A model generated the notes under the pieces. It had not been told where the DNA came from. It made no database searches and was given only the letters and a program-made list of their open reading frames with translations. The translations under genes were made by a program, and so were the position numbers. A stretch of 64,000 nt of DNA, from NCBI GenBank assembly GCA_038142325.1, contig JAYQJW010000002.1, positions 480,001 through 544,000 on the forward strand, given 5' to 3'. Position 1 is the first letter of the stretch; the number at the start of each line of letters is the position of its first letter. Below are positions 35,299-46,470 of the stretch, piece after piece. This DNA comes from Gammaproteobacteria bacterium (GTDB lineage: Bacteria > Pseudomonadota > Gammaproteobacteria > GCA-002705445 > GCA-002716945).

Positions 35299-35330
35299 TA
35301 TATATTTGTAATATAATATATTATACAAAG

Positions 35331-37107
35331 ATGATATTAAAGAAAGTAATCAACCTTATATTTACATTTCTTGTTCTTTTGAACTTTACTGAGGCAAATA
35401 CGTCTATAAGTATTGGATATCAGGCAAAATATCAGAATTTTAATCACTTTGATTATGTTAATCCCGATGCTAAAAAAGGAGGTAAAATTATACTTTCTGC
35501 ATTTGGTACTTTTGATTCATTAAATCCATTTTTATTAAAATCACTTATCACCAGCACAAATTAATAATTTGATGTTTGACACGTTAATGACTAGAAGCCT
35601 TGATGAGCCATCATCTAGCTATCCATTAGTTGCCAAATCATATCAATTATCAAAAGATAAACTGTCTGTAAAATATTTTATTAATGAAAATGCAAAGTTT
35701 AGTAATGGTAATGAAGTAACAGCGCATGACGTAAAACACTCTTATGATTTATTGGTCTCTAAAGATGCTCATCCTCAATATAGAATTTATTGGAATGATA
35801 TAAAATCTGTAGAAATAATAGATAAGAATACTATTAAATTTATCTTTAAGAGAGTTAACCCTGAACTTCACATGATAATAGGCGATCTTCCAATCTTCTC
35901 AAGAGATTGGCTACACAAAGATAATTTTTCTAAAGAAGTTAAAAAAATTCCCATAACAAGTGGACCATATATAATATCTGATTTTAACATTGGGAAAAAT
36001 ATAACTTATATCAGAAATAAATCATATTGGGCAAAAGATCTACCAACTAGAAAACATATGTTTAATTTTGATCAAATATTGATCAAGTACTACAAAGATA
36101 TGACAGTTGCTTTAGAAGCTTTTAAAGCTGGAGAATATGATTACATACATGAAAATCACTCTAAAAGATGGGCGAGAGACTATAATGGCCCTAACTTTTT
36201 AAACAACAAAATAATCAAAACAGAATTAAAACATTCAAACAATACTGGAATCCAAGGTTTTGCCTTTAACACTAGAAGAGTTCTATTTTCTGACATTCAT
36301 CTACGAAAAGCAATTACTTATGCTTTCGATTTTGAATGGTCTAATAACAAACTGTTTTATGGACAATATCTAAGATCTGATAGTTATTTTAGTAATAGCG
36401 AGTTGAAAAGTGATATTAAAGTTTCTGACAAAGAGCTTGAGCTTGCAAAAGAGCTAAAAATCTCATTACATAAAATTCAACCTAAAATAAAATTACCTAT
36501 TAATAAAGATTCAGCTGATTATAGAAATTCTCTTATTATGGCCAAAGAAATTCTTGATAAGGCAGGATATTATATTAACGATGGTCAACTCTATTCATCT
36601 AACAAAGAACCCGTGATAATAAACTTTTTGCTTGCGCAGAAGGGATTCGAAAGAATCCTTGCACCATTTAGGAATAATTTGAAAAGATTAGGAATTAAAT
36701 TAAACTACAGAACTGTTGACTTATCCTTGTATCAACAACGTCTAGATGAATACGATTATGATATGACCGTTGTAAGTTACCCTCAATCTCAGTCACCTGG
36801 GTCGGAGTTGATGAGTATGTTTTCATCTGATAGTGCAAATAGAAATGGAGCATTCAATTTTCCTGGCATCAAAGATAAAGATGTTGATAGTCTTATTAAA
36901 AACATAATTTATTCAAAGCAGAGGAATCAAATGCTTGTTTCTGCAAAGTTACTGGATAGAATTTTATGGAATCAATATTATATGGTCCCAAACTGGTATA
37001 TAAATACTCATAGAGTAGCTTACTACAATCAATTCGAATTCCCCAAAAAGCTACCACTATATTATCAAGCAACAAATTATGTATTACAAACCTGGTCGTC
37101 AAAATGA
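35331..37107 (+). CDS. yejA: Peptide ABC transporter substrate-binding protein, YejA-like (indel near 35550)
   Basis: HFDYVNPDAKKGG, GTFDSLNPF, EAFKAG, AFDFEWSN, SPGSE. Confidence 0.85.
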
Positions 37108-38164
37108 CTTTATATATTATAAAAAGATTATTATTAATGATTCCGACTCTTCTTGGAATTTTATTCTTAACATTCTTAATCATACAATTTGTACCCGGCG
37201 GTCCTGTAGAGCAACTAGTAAACAAACTATCGGGTTTAGATGCAATATCTGAATCCTCTTCATCGTCAAATTTATATAGAGGTTCAAGCGGTCTTTCAGA
37301 GGAGCATATTAGTCAGTTAAATGAATTTTATGGATTTGATAAACCTTTTTTGAAAGGTTTACAATCCTGGTTAGCAATTATGCTTTTTTTGATCTAGGAG
37401 TCAGCTATTTTCATAATCAAAGCGTTAGTGAATTGATCATAAGCAAACTACCTGTTTCTATTAGTCTTGGATTATGGTCTTTCTTAATTGTCTACTTAGT
37501 CAGTATTCCACTTGGTATAAAAAAAGCTATGGAAGATGGCAGTAGATTTGATTTAGTGTCAAGTTCTATAGTCTTGATTGGATACGCAATACCAGGATTT
37601 GTTTTAGGTATAGGATTGATTGTATTATTTGGAGGAGGTAGTTTTTTTGATCTATTTCCGACACGAGGTCTAGTCTCTGATAATTGGTCAAATCTAAATT
37701 TCTTTGAAAAAATATTAGATTATTTATGGCACATCACTCTTCCAATAATTTGTCTAATTATTGGAAGTTTTGCAGTCATGACAATGTTGACTAAAAATAG
37801 CTTTATCGATGAAATTAATAAGTTGTACACAACAACTGCTAGAGCCAAAGGATTGAGTGAAAATAAAGTCCTTTATTCTCATGTTTTTAAAAATGCTATT
37901 ATACCAATCCTGACAGGTTTCCCTGCACAATTTGTTTCTGCATTTTTCACAGGAAGTATTCTTATAGAGACTATTTTTTCTTTGGATGGGATTGGTTTAT
38001 TATCTTATGAATCGATTATTCAAAGAGATTACCCTGTTGTAATGGGTACATTATTTATCTTCACCCTTTTAGGGTTACTCACTAAATTATTGACAGATAT
38101 TATGTATGTATATGTTGATCCAAGAATAAAATTCTCATCATCTAATTCAGAAAAAAACTTGTAA
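37104..38164 (+). CDS. yejB: Peptide ABC permease YejB-like (indel near 37352)
   Basis: [47 protein letters not shown]. Confidence 0.85.
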
Positions 38165-39177
38165 TGAACACTTATTCTATAATTTGGAAAAACTTTCGTA
38201 GAAGTAAAAGGAGTATTTACTCACTCTATATTTTTTTAATACTTTTTATTGTTAGTCTGTTTGCAGAAATTATAAGCAATGATAAGCCAATTATTATGAG
38301 TATTAATGACAAAATATACTATCCATATGTCATTGAGTATACAGAAGTTGATTTTGGTGGTGTTTTTGAAACATCTCCTGATTATAAAGGCCACTATATT
38401 TCGAAGTTATTAATGGATGAAAACAATTGGGCAATATTTCCAATCAATGCGCATTCATATAATTCAATAAATTTTAATAATACAGCACCCAACCCGGCTG
38501 CGCCATCGATGGATAATATTTTAGGCACGGATGATAGAGGGAGAGATGTTTTTGCAAGACTTTTGTATGGATTCAGAATATCAGTTATATTTGCACTAGC
38601 ACTTACTGCGATAGGAATACTTATAGGATTATTTTTTGGTGCGATACAAGGTTACTTTGCAGGTAGAGTAGATCTATATCTACAAAGATTTGTTGAAATT
38701 TGGGGCTCGATGCCTGAGTTATATATTTTAATTATATTTGCTTCAATTTTTGAACCGAGCATTCTTTTACTTATAGTGCTTTTATCACTATTTGGCTGGA
38801 TAAGTTTATCAGATTACGTTCGCGCTGAATTTTTGAAAGGCAGAAATATGGATTATGTCAATGCAGCAAGAACATTAGGTCTTACAGATTGGCAAATTAT
38901 AACTAAACATATACTACCTAACAGTCTTATTTCTGTTGTAACATTTTTACCATTTAGAATTAGTGGAGCAATATTGATTTTAACAAGCTTAGATTTCTTG
39001 GGATTAGGTGTTCCATCAACAACTCCTAGCTTAGGCGAACTGCTCTCACAAGGAAAAGATAATATCTCAGCCTGGTGGTTATCACTTACAACATTTGTTG
39101 TCCTAGTTACCACATTAATACTTTTGATATTTATTGGAGAAGGTATTAGAGAATCTATAAGCGGAAAATCATCATGA
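38164..39177 (+). CDS. yejE: Peptide ABC permease YejE-like
   Basis: NDKP, LGTDDRGRDV, LTSLDFLGLG, SLGELL. Confidence 0.85.
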   Translation: MNTYSIIWKNFRRSKRSIYSLYIFLILFIVSLFAEIISNDKPIIMSINDKIYYPYVIEYTEVDFGGVFETSPDYKGHYISKLLMDENNWAIFPINAHSYNSINFNNTAPNPAAPSMDNILGTDDRGRDVFARLLYGFRISVIFALALTAIGILIGLFFGAIQGYFAGRVDLYLQRFVEIWGSMPELYILIIFASIFEPSILLLIVLLSLFGWISLSDYVRAEFLKGRNMDYVNAARTLGLTDWQIITKHILPNSLISVVTFLPFRISGAILILTSLDFLGLGVPSTTPSLGELLSQGKDNISAWWLSLTTFVVLVTTLILLIFIGEGIRESISGKSS

Positions 39178-40745
39178 GTTTAGTTAAATTTGATAAGTTG
39201 AACATTTCATTAATCTCAACAGGTATCAATTTAGTTCAAAATTTATCTTTTGAAATAGAGAAGGGTGAATCTTTTGGTATTGTAGGTGAGTCCGGTTCTG
39301 GAAAATCATTAACGGCACTCTCAACACTTGGATTGTTAAATAAAAAAATTTTTAAAACATCAGGACAGATTTCTATAGATAATAAAAATATAAATAACAT
39401 CACGGATAGTGAATTAAATAATATTAGAGGAAATAAAATTTCTATGATATTTCAAGAACCAATGCTTTCACTTAATCCTGTAAAAAGCCTTCATTCTCAA
39501 ATAGTTGAATGCATTGAGCTATCAGATAAGAATTTAGATATTAGTGATGTTAAGGAAGCATTAATTGCCGTTGGTCTGAATGATACAAAAAAAATATTAA
39601 ATAGCTACCCGCATATGATATCTGGTGGTCAAAGGCAAAGATTTATGATCGCAATGTCAGTATTGAGAAAACCAAGCATTATTATTGCTGACGAGCCTAC
39701 TACAGCTTTAGATGTAACACTTCAAAAACAAATTCTTGATACACTCAATAATTTAAAAAATGACATGAATATGTCAATGATGTTAATTTCTCATGATATT
39801 GAATTAATAAAGAGATATTGTGATTCTATTGCTGTTATGAAAGACGGGTCTATAATTGAAAAAGATACTACAGATAAAATATTTGCTTATCCTAAGCATG
39901 AATATACAAAAAGTTTAGTAAATTTTAAATCAATATCTTATCGTAAAGAAAATTATGATAAAACAGAAAATATTCTAGAGACGAAAAATCTTAATTGTAA
40001 ATATTTAACTAAAGACAGTCTTCTTAAAAAAAATAAAATATATTTTCAAGCATTAAATAACATCAATATTTATATTAATCGTGGAGAGTCAGTTGGAATC
40101 GTTGGCGAATCTGGATCTGGTAAAACAACTTTGGCAATGTCGATAATGCACCTATTAGGATATGATGGTGAAATAAAAATCTGTCAAAATATTACTAAGA
40201 ATAAGCTGAGTAAAGATAGGTCACTTAGAAAAAATTTTCAAATCATATTTCAAGATCCTTTTTCCTCATTATCACCAAGAATGACTATCAAACAAATTAT
40301 ATCTGAAGGCATTGTCAACCTGTTAAATATATATGACGATAAAGTCATAATTCAATGTGCACGAAAGTAATGAATGAAGTCGGTCTAAATGAAAATATGT
40401 TATTGAGATATCCTCAAGAATTCTCTGGAGGACAGAGACAAAGAATAGCAATTGCACGCGCTTTAGTTCTTCAACCAAAATTATTAATACTTGATGAGCC
40501 TACAAGTGCGCTGGATGTCTTAGTACAGGAAAATATCATTAAACTTCTGATAAACCTTCAAGAAAAATTCAATCTATCATATTGTTTCATCAGTCATTAT
40601 CTTAGTTTAATTAAAAAACTATGTCACAGAGTATATGTTATGAAGGATTCATCAATTGTAGAAGAGGGGAGCTGCAAAAGAGATTTTCGATAAACCCAAA
40701 CATGTATATACTCAAAAACTATTAGAGTCTTCGTTTATTACTTAA
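39174..40745 (+). CDS. yejF: Double-domain ABC ATPase YejF-like (indels near 40355 and 40668)
   Basis: Two GESGSGK Walker A motifs, SGGQRQR twice, DEPT twice; repaired tail [14 protein letters not shown]. Confidence 0.85.
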
Positions 40746-41874
40746 AAATATTAACTAAGATGTTTTGGTAAATATTCTTAAGTTTTTCTAAATCATCTGC
40801 CCTTATGGACTCGTTAATTTTATGTATAGAGCGATTTGTTAATCCAAGTTCAATAACTTGATTGCACACTTTTGCCATAAACCTTCCATCTGAGGTGCCG
40901 CCATTAGTGCTTACGATAGTGTCTTGATTAGTAGTAGATTTAATTGATTTTTTGCATATATTCATAAATTCTTTATCTGTGGTTAGAAATGGTTCTCCTG
41001 AATGTTTCCAAGTAATTTCATATTTTATATCTTCGCTCTCTATAATGTCTGTTATTTTGCTTTTAATTTCATCAGCAGATGTCTCAGTAGAATATCTTAT
41101 ATTAAATGCAATTTTTATATCAGCAGGTATTACGTTATCAACACCTGTTCCTGCATTAACGTTTGATATTTGAAATGAGGTTGGAGGAAAATATTCATTA
41201 CCTTTATCAAATTTAATATCAAGAAACTTGGATATGATTTTTACAGAGCTATGAATCGGATTATCAGCTTTCTCTGGGTAAGCGACATGCCCCTGTATGC
41301 CAAATAAGGTTAGATGACCTGTGATTGAACCGCGTCTACCATTTCTGATGACATCACCAATTTCATCTGAGGATGATGGTTCTCCTACAAGACAATAATC
41401 AATTTCATTTTTTTGAAAGACTCCTTCTTCAACCATTTTACGTATACCATTAGTTGCATCACCTTCTTCATCAGCTGTAAGAATAATTCTAATTGAACCA
41501 TTTATTTCTTTATTATTTTTAACATAGTCTTTTACAGCTGTCATAAAACACGCTATACCGCCTTTCATATCCGCAGTGCCTCTGCCCGTAAGCAGACCAT
41601 CATTATATGAGAGTGTGTATGGATTTGATTTCCATAATGATAATTCTCCCGGTGGAACTACATCAGTATGACCAATGAATGCCAGGCACGGATTACCTTT
41701 TCCTAGGCTTGCTATCATGTTATTTACATCACCATACATAAAATATTTTGTTTCAAAACCGAACTTTGACAGATAATTATCTATATATTTTTGACAACCT
41801 GATTTATCTGGTGTTACTGACTCAAATTCAATTAAATCAGATAAAACGTTCATAGTTTCATTATTTGAATTCAT
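40738..41874 (-). CDS. dapE: Succinyl-diaminopimelate desuccinylase
   Basis: GHTDVVP, GRGTADMKG, DEEG, GEPS, NGRRGS, QGHVAYP, GGTSDGRF. Confidence 0.93.
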   Translation of the reverse strand: MNSNNETMNVLSDLIEFESVTPDKSGCQKYIDNYLSKFGFETKYFMYGDVNNMIASLGKGNPCLAFIGHTDVVPPGELSLWKSNPYTLSYNDGLLTGRGTADMKGGIACFMTAVKDYVKNNKEINGSIRIILTADEEGDATNGIRKMVEEGVFQKNEIDYCLVGEPSSSDEIGDVIRNGRRGSITGHLTLFGIQGHVAYPEKADNPIHSSVKIISKFLDIKFDKGNEYFPPTSFQISNVNAGTGVDNVIPADIKIAFNIRYSTETSADEIKSKITDIIESEDIKYEITWKHSGEPFLTTDKEFMNICKKSIKSTTNQDTIVSTNGGTSDGRFMAKVCNQVIELGLTNRSIHKINESIRADDLEKLKNIYQNILVNIFK

Positions 41875-42642
41875 CTTCATCCTCTTCAGTTCTTATGGTT
41901 AGTATATCTGAACCATCTTTTGTTACTAAAATTGTATGTTCATATTGCGCAGATAATTCATGATCTTGAGTTACAACAGTCCATCCATCGCTAAGCGTTT
42001 TAGTTTTATAATTACCAACATTTATCATTGGTTCAACAGTAAAAATCATACCTTCATGAAGTTCTACACCCGTGTTTTTTTTGGCGTAATGAAGTATTTG
42101 TGGGTTTTCATGAAATTTCTTTCCTATGCCATGACCACAATAATCTCTTACAACTGAAAAGTTATTTGCTTCAGCATAAGTCTGAATAGCAAAACCTATA
42201 TCTCCAGTAGTCGCTCCAGGCCTTACCGCTTTTATACCTTCTATCATTGCTTGTCGTGTTACTTCGCAAAGCCTCTGCGCTTGGATTGATGTTTTACCTA
42301 CTGTGAACATTCTACTTGTGTCCCCATGATAACCATCTTTAATTACTGTCACATCTATATTGATAATATCACCATTTTTTAGTTTTTTAGTATCTGATGG
42401 TATTCCATGACAAATTTGGTGATTTACTGATGTACATATTGATTTTGGAAAGCCTCGATAATTTAGCGGTGCAGGGATAGCTTTTGATTATCCACAATAT
42501 AATTGTGACATATACTGTCTAGTTCACCAGTTGTTATACCTGGTTGTACATATTCCTTAATCATCATTAAAACATCAGATGCCAGCTTGCCAGCGATTCT
42601 CATTTTTTGAATCTCATCGGGTGTTTTTATATATTCATTCAT
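41861..42642 (-). CDS. map: Methionine aminopeptidase type I (1-nt deletion near 42484)
   Basis: IKTPDEIQKMR, CTSVNHQICHGIP, DVTVIKDGYHGDTS, GHGIG, EPMIN, EHT. Confidence 0.95.
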
Positions 42643-42748
42643 AAGATTTTAAAAGTTATAAAATCACTAAAAAAATAGTAGTTTATAGTTGTTGTAAACA
42701 CTCAAATATGATACAACACTTTATGAATTTTATTGGAGTAATTTTGGC

Positions 42749-43589
42749 ATGATAGGATTATCAATCAAGGATATGATCGATGCAGGGGTCCATTTTGGTC
42801 ATAGGTCTAAGTATTGGAATCCTAAGATGGCGCCATATATATATACAACTCACAAAAAACTCCACATAATTAATCTTCAAAAAAGTTCTGAAAGATACAC
42901 AGAAGCAGCTAAGTTTATTGAGAAACTAGTCTCAAATAATGGAAAAATTATGTTTATTGGAACTAAACGTGCTGCCTCAGATATAGTAAAAAAATACTCT
43001 GACATAACATCCATGCCGTACGTAAATAATCGTTGGTTAGGCGGCTTATTGACTAATTTCAATACTATAAAAAAATCTATATCTAAACTTGAGGATCTTA
43101 GAAATAAACTCAAGAATCAAACGCTTTATAAACTATCAAAAAAGCAAATTATTGATCTAAAACGAGACATAGATAGATTAGAAAAAAATCTATTGGGTGT
43201 TCAGAACTTAACAAAATTACCAGATGCATTATTTGTTATTGATACAAGATATGAGCGTATTGCAATCCAAGAAGCAAACAAACTTAACATTCCTGTTATT
43301 GCTCTGGTTGACTCAAATAATTCTTTTGATGGTGTTGACTATATGATACCTGCAAATGATGACGCTATGTCTTCAATTGATTTATTTATGAAATCAATTT
43401 CTGAAATTATTATTAAATCTAAGCCGTCAAAGTCTGAGTCAGCTACAAAAAAAAATGATAATACTAAATCTATCAAAGCTAAAAAAATCTCTAAAAACAT
43501 CTGATATTAAAAAAGAAACTTCTACAAAAAAAGAGACATCTTCAAAAAAAGAAAGTGGAAAAAAAGCTAAATCATCTGAGGATAATTAA
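42749..43589 (+). CDS. rpsB: 30S ribosomal protein S2 (probable 1-nt insertion near 43495; ORF-track stop 43504)
   Basis: AGVHFGH, WNPKM, RWLGGLLTN, IPANDD; shifted frame gives a Lys-rich tail ending 1 nt before tsf. Confidence 0.93.
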
Positions 43590-44420
43590 GTGAGTGATTC
43601 ATTAAAACTAGTAAGACAGTTAAGAGAGATAACTGGAGCAGGAATTCTTGATTGTAAAAAATACCTAGAGCAAACAAATAATAACCTTGATGATGCTGTC
43701 AAACTATTTAGAACTGAATCAGGAAAGAAAGCAGAAAAAAAATCATCAAGAATAGCAGCTGAAGGTTTAGTAAACTATTTTGAAAATTCAAAAAGTATGC
43801 TGATTTTAGAATTAAACTCAGAGACCGACTTTGTTGCTAAAGATGAGAATTTTATCACTCTGTCTGAATCTATAGCTGAAATATTAATGAACCAAGATGA
43901 ATCTGATAATATGGAAGCTATCAATAGTATTGTAACTGAGTCGATATCCAAACTTGGAGAAAACATCAAACTTAGAAGATACCTTAAAATTGATAAAAAC
44001 AATAATCTTTATGGTTACGCCCACAACAATAAGATTGTGTCAATAGTGGAGCTGAAAAATCCAGATGAGAAACTTGCAAAAGATATTTGCATGCAAATTG
44101 TAGCATCTAACCCATTAGCACTTGATGAATCATCGCTTAATGAGGAAGCACTCAAATCTGAAAAAGAAATTTATAAAAAGGAATTAGATAAAGTAGATAA
44201 GAAAGAGGATATTAAAAGAAATATACTTGATGGTAAAATGAAGAAATTTATTAATGATAATACGTTATTAAATCAACCTTTTGTTAAGGATCCATCTACA
44301 ACCCTTACTAAAATTATTTCAAATAATGAAATATTGTCATATCATAGATATGAAGTTGGCGAAGGTTTGGAAAAGAAATCTGAAGATTTTGCACAAGAAG
44401 TTTATAATCAAATAAGCTAA
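43590..44420 (+). CDS. tsf: Elongation factor Ts
   Basis: LREITGAGILDCKK, ELNSETDFVA, GENI, EVGEG. Confidence 0.96.
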   Translation: MSDSLKLVRQLREITGAGILDCKKYLEQTNNNLDDAVKLFRTESGKKAEKKSSRIAAEGLVNYFENSKSMLILELNSETDFVAKDENFITLSESIAEILMNQDESDNMEAINSIVTESISKLGENIKLRRYLKIDKNNNLYGYAHNNKIVSIVELKNPDEKLAKDICMQIVASNPLALDESSLNEEALKSEKEIYKKELDKVDKKEDIKRNILDGKMKKFINDNTLLNQPFVKDPSTTLTKIISNNEILSYHRYEVGEGLEKKSEDFAQEVYNQIS

Positions 44421-44429
44421 AATACTTAC

Positions 44430-44987
44430 ATGTTTGATCAAATTAAATCTGACACCACGTCAACAATGGATAAAAGCATAGATAACTTTAAGCTGGTTTT
44501 ATCAAAAATTCGTGCAGGAAGGCCAAACCCAAGTATTCTTGATCAAATCATGATTGATTACTTCGGTACCAATACCCCCATCAAACAACTTGCTAATATA
44601 ACTGTTACAGATGCATCAACAATAAGTCTAAGCGTATGGGATAAAAATGCGGTTTCATTAATAGAGAAAGCTCTCAATGAAAGCAACCTAGGAGTTAACC
44701 CAACTGTCAATGGTACGAATCTGCACATAAAGTTCCCGCCACTTACTCAGGAAAGAAGAGAAGAATTGAAAAAAATTGTTAAAAAAGAGGCAGAGAACAT
44801 TAAGATTACTCTTAGAAATATTAGAAGAACTGCTAATACATCAATTTCCAATTTAGAGAAGGAAAAGAAGATATCCAAGGACTTTGAAAGGGACTACATT
44901 ATTGAGATTCAGGAGCTTACTGACAACTATATAAAGACCTCAGAAGATATTTCAGATAATAAGATTAAAGAAATAAGTGAAATATAA
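44430..44987 (+). CDS. frr: Ribosome recycling factor
   Basis: KIRAGRPNP, LGVNP, PPLTQERR, RNIRR. Confidence 0.95.
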   Translation: MFDQIKSDTTSTMDKSIDNFKLVLSKIRAGRPNPSILDQIMIDYFGTNTPIKQLANITVTDASTISLSVWDKNAVSLIEKALNESNLGVNPTVNGTNLHIKFPPLTQERREELKKIVKKEAENIKITLRNIRRTANTSISNLEKEKKISKDFERDYIIEIQELTDNYIKTSEDISDNKIKEISEI

Positions 44988-44989
44988 AC

Positions 44990-45658
44990 ATGGACCATAT
45001 AGCCTTTATAATGGACGGCAATGGGAGATGGGCTAATTCACAAAAAAAAGCACGTAAGCATGGCCATGAATCAGGCTCATCAAATGTCTATAATATATTT
45101 TCTTCATGTATAGATTTAGGAATTAACTCAGCAACATTCTTTGCGATGAGTAGCGAGAATATGTATAGGTCAAAAGAAGAAACTGATTATATCTCCTACC
45201 TTCTCGATAAATCAATCAAACATCACTTGCATGATTTATTGAATAATAAAGTTAAATTCAAAGTCATCGGGGATGTTACTGATTTACCAATCTCAATAAA
45301 AAAAACAATTCTACAAGCTGAGCAACTGACTTCTAAATTTAATAAATATTCTCTTAACATTGCATATAATTATGGTGGACAGTGGGACATTATTAATGCA
45401 ATTGAAACCATGATTGATGATATCGGTAATTTTGATAATACTAAATTACCAGATTATCTATCTACAGGTAGAAACTATCCAGATCTAATCATACGAACTG
45501 GAGGTTATCGAAGATTAAGTAATTTTATGCTTTGGCAGTCGGTATATAGTGAGTTAGTTTTTGTTGATACTTTATGGCCAGATTTTTGCTCAGATGAGTT
45601 AAAGAAGATTATTAATGATTATAAATTAATCAAAAGGAACTTTGGTAAAGTCGACTAA
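44990..45658 (+). CDS. uppS: Undecaprenyl diphosphate synthase
   Basis: HIAFIMDGNGRWA, SSEN, YGGQWDI, PDLIIRTGG, RLSNFMLWQ, WPDF. Confidence 0.95.
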   Translation: MDHIAFIMDGNGRWANSQKKARKHGHESGSSNVYNIFSSCIDLGINSATFFAMSSENMYRSKEETDYISYLLDKSIKHHLHDLLNNKVKFKVIGDVTDLPISIKKTILQAEQLTSKFNKYSLNIAYNYGGQWDIINAIETMIDDIGNFDNTKLPDYLSTGRNYPDLIIRTGGYRRLSNFMLWQSVYSELVFVDTLWPDFCSDELKKIINDYKLIKRNFGKVD

Positions 45659-46470
45659 TGCCAGAATATTTAACAAGAACTCTTACTGGCATGTTTATGT
45701 TGGTATTACTAGCATTACTCTTTTTATTTTGGAACTAATATTATCTTTAATATTACAATATATACGATATCATTAGTCGCATATCTAGAGTGGTTACGAC
45801 TTACATCAAAATCAATTATATTTTTTTCCCTTTCTTCGTTTTACTTATATTTTTACATTACTTTCTAATCATTAACCTTACAATATTTTCATATGCTTTT
45901 ATCATGTTATGGCTTCTACTTTCTATCTATCTATTTTTCTTTAAAAAATTTCTTCAATATTTTATCAAAAAATACTCTTTGTTGATTGGCACTCTTATTA
46001 TTTCCTCATTTTTCACTTTCCTTATTAATTTGTATCCTTCAAGTAATACAATAATTATTGATAATGAATTAATTGATAATAAATCATATTTTTTGACACT
46101 AATATTAATGGTTACATCTGTTGATGTATATGCATACATATGTGGCAAAGCAATAGGTAAAAATAAGATTGGTTCAGATATAAGTCCTAATAAAACGTTT
46201 GAAGGTTATATAGGTTCCTTGATCTTAACTTTTTTTACTTTTCATATTATATCTACTCACTTAAATTTCAATTGGACATTACTTGACTTAATAATTATGT
46301 TGATATTTATTTTAATGGCTTTTTTTGGAGATTTATTTATGAGTTTTATTAAAAGAACTTATAAGAAAAAAGATACAGGATCTATTTTACCAGGTCATGG
46401 CGGTATTTTAGATAGACTCGATAGTTATTTTTCTGCACTACCAGTATTTTTTGTTTGGTTCTTGTCATGA
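45658..46470 (+). CDS. cdsA: Phosphatidate cytidylyltransferase (compensating indels near 45725 and 45825)
   Basis: ISPNKTFEG, GDLFMSFIKR, KDTGSILPGHGGILDRLDS; start overlaps the uppS stop (TAATG). Confidence 0.9.
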
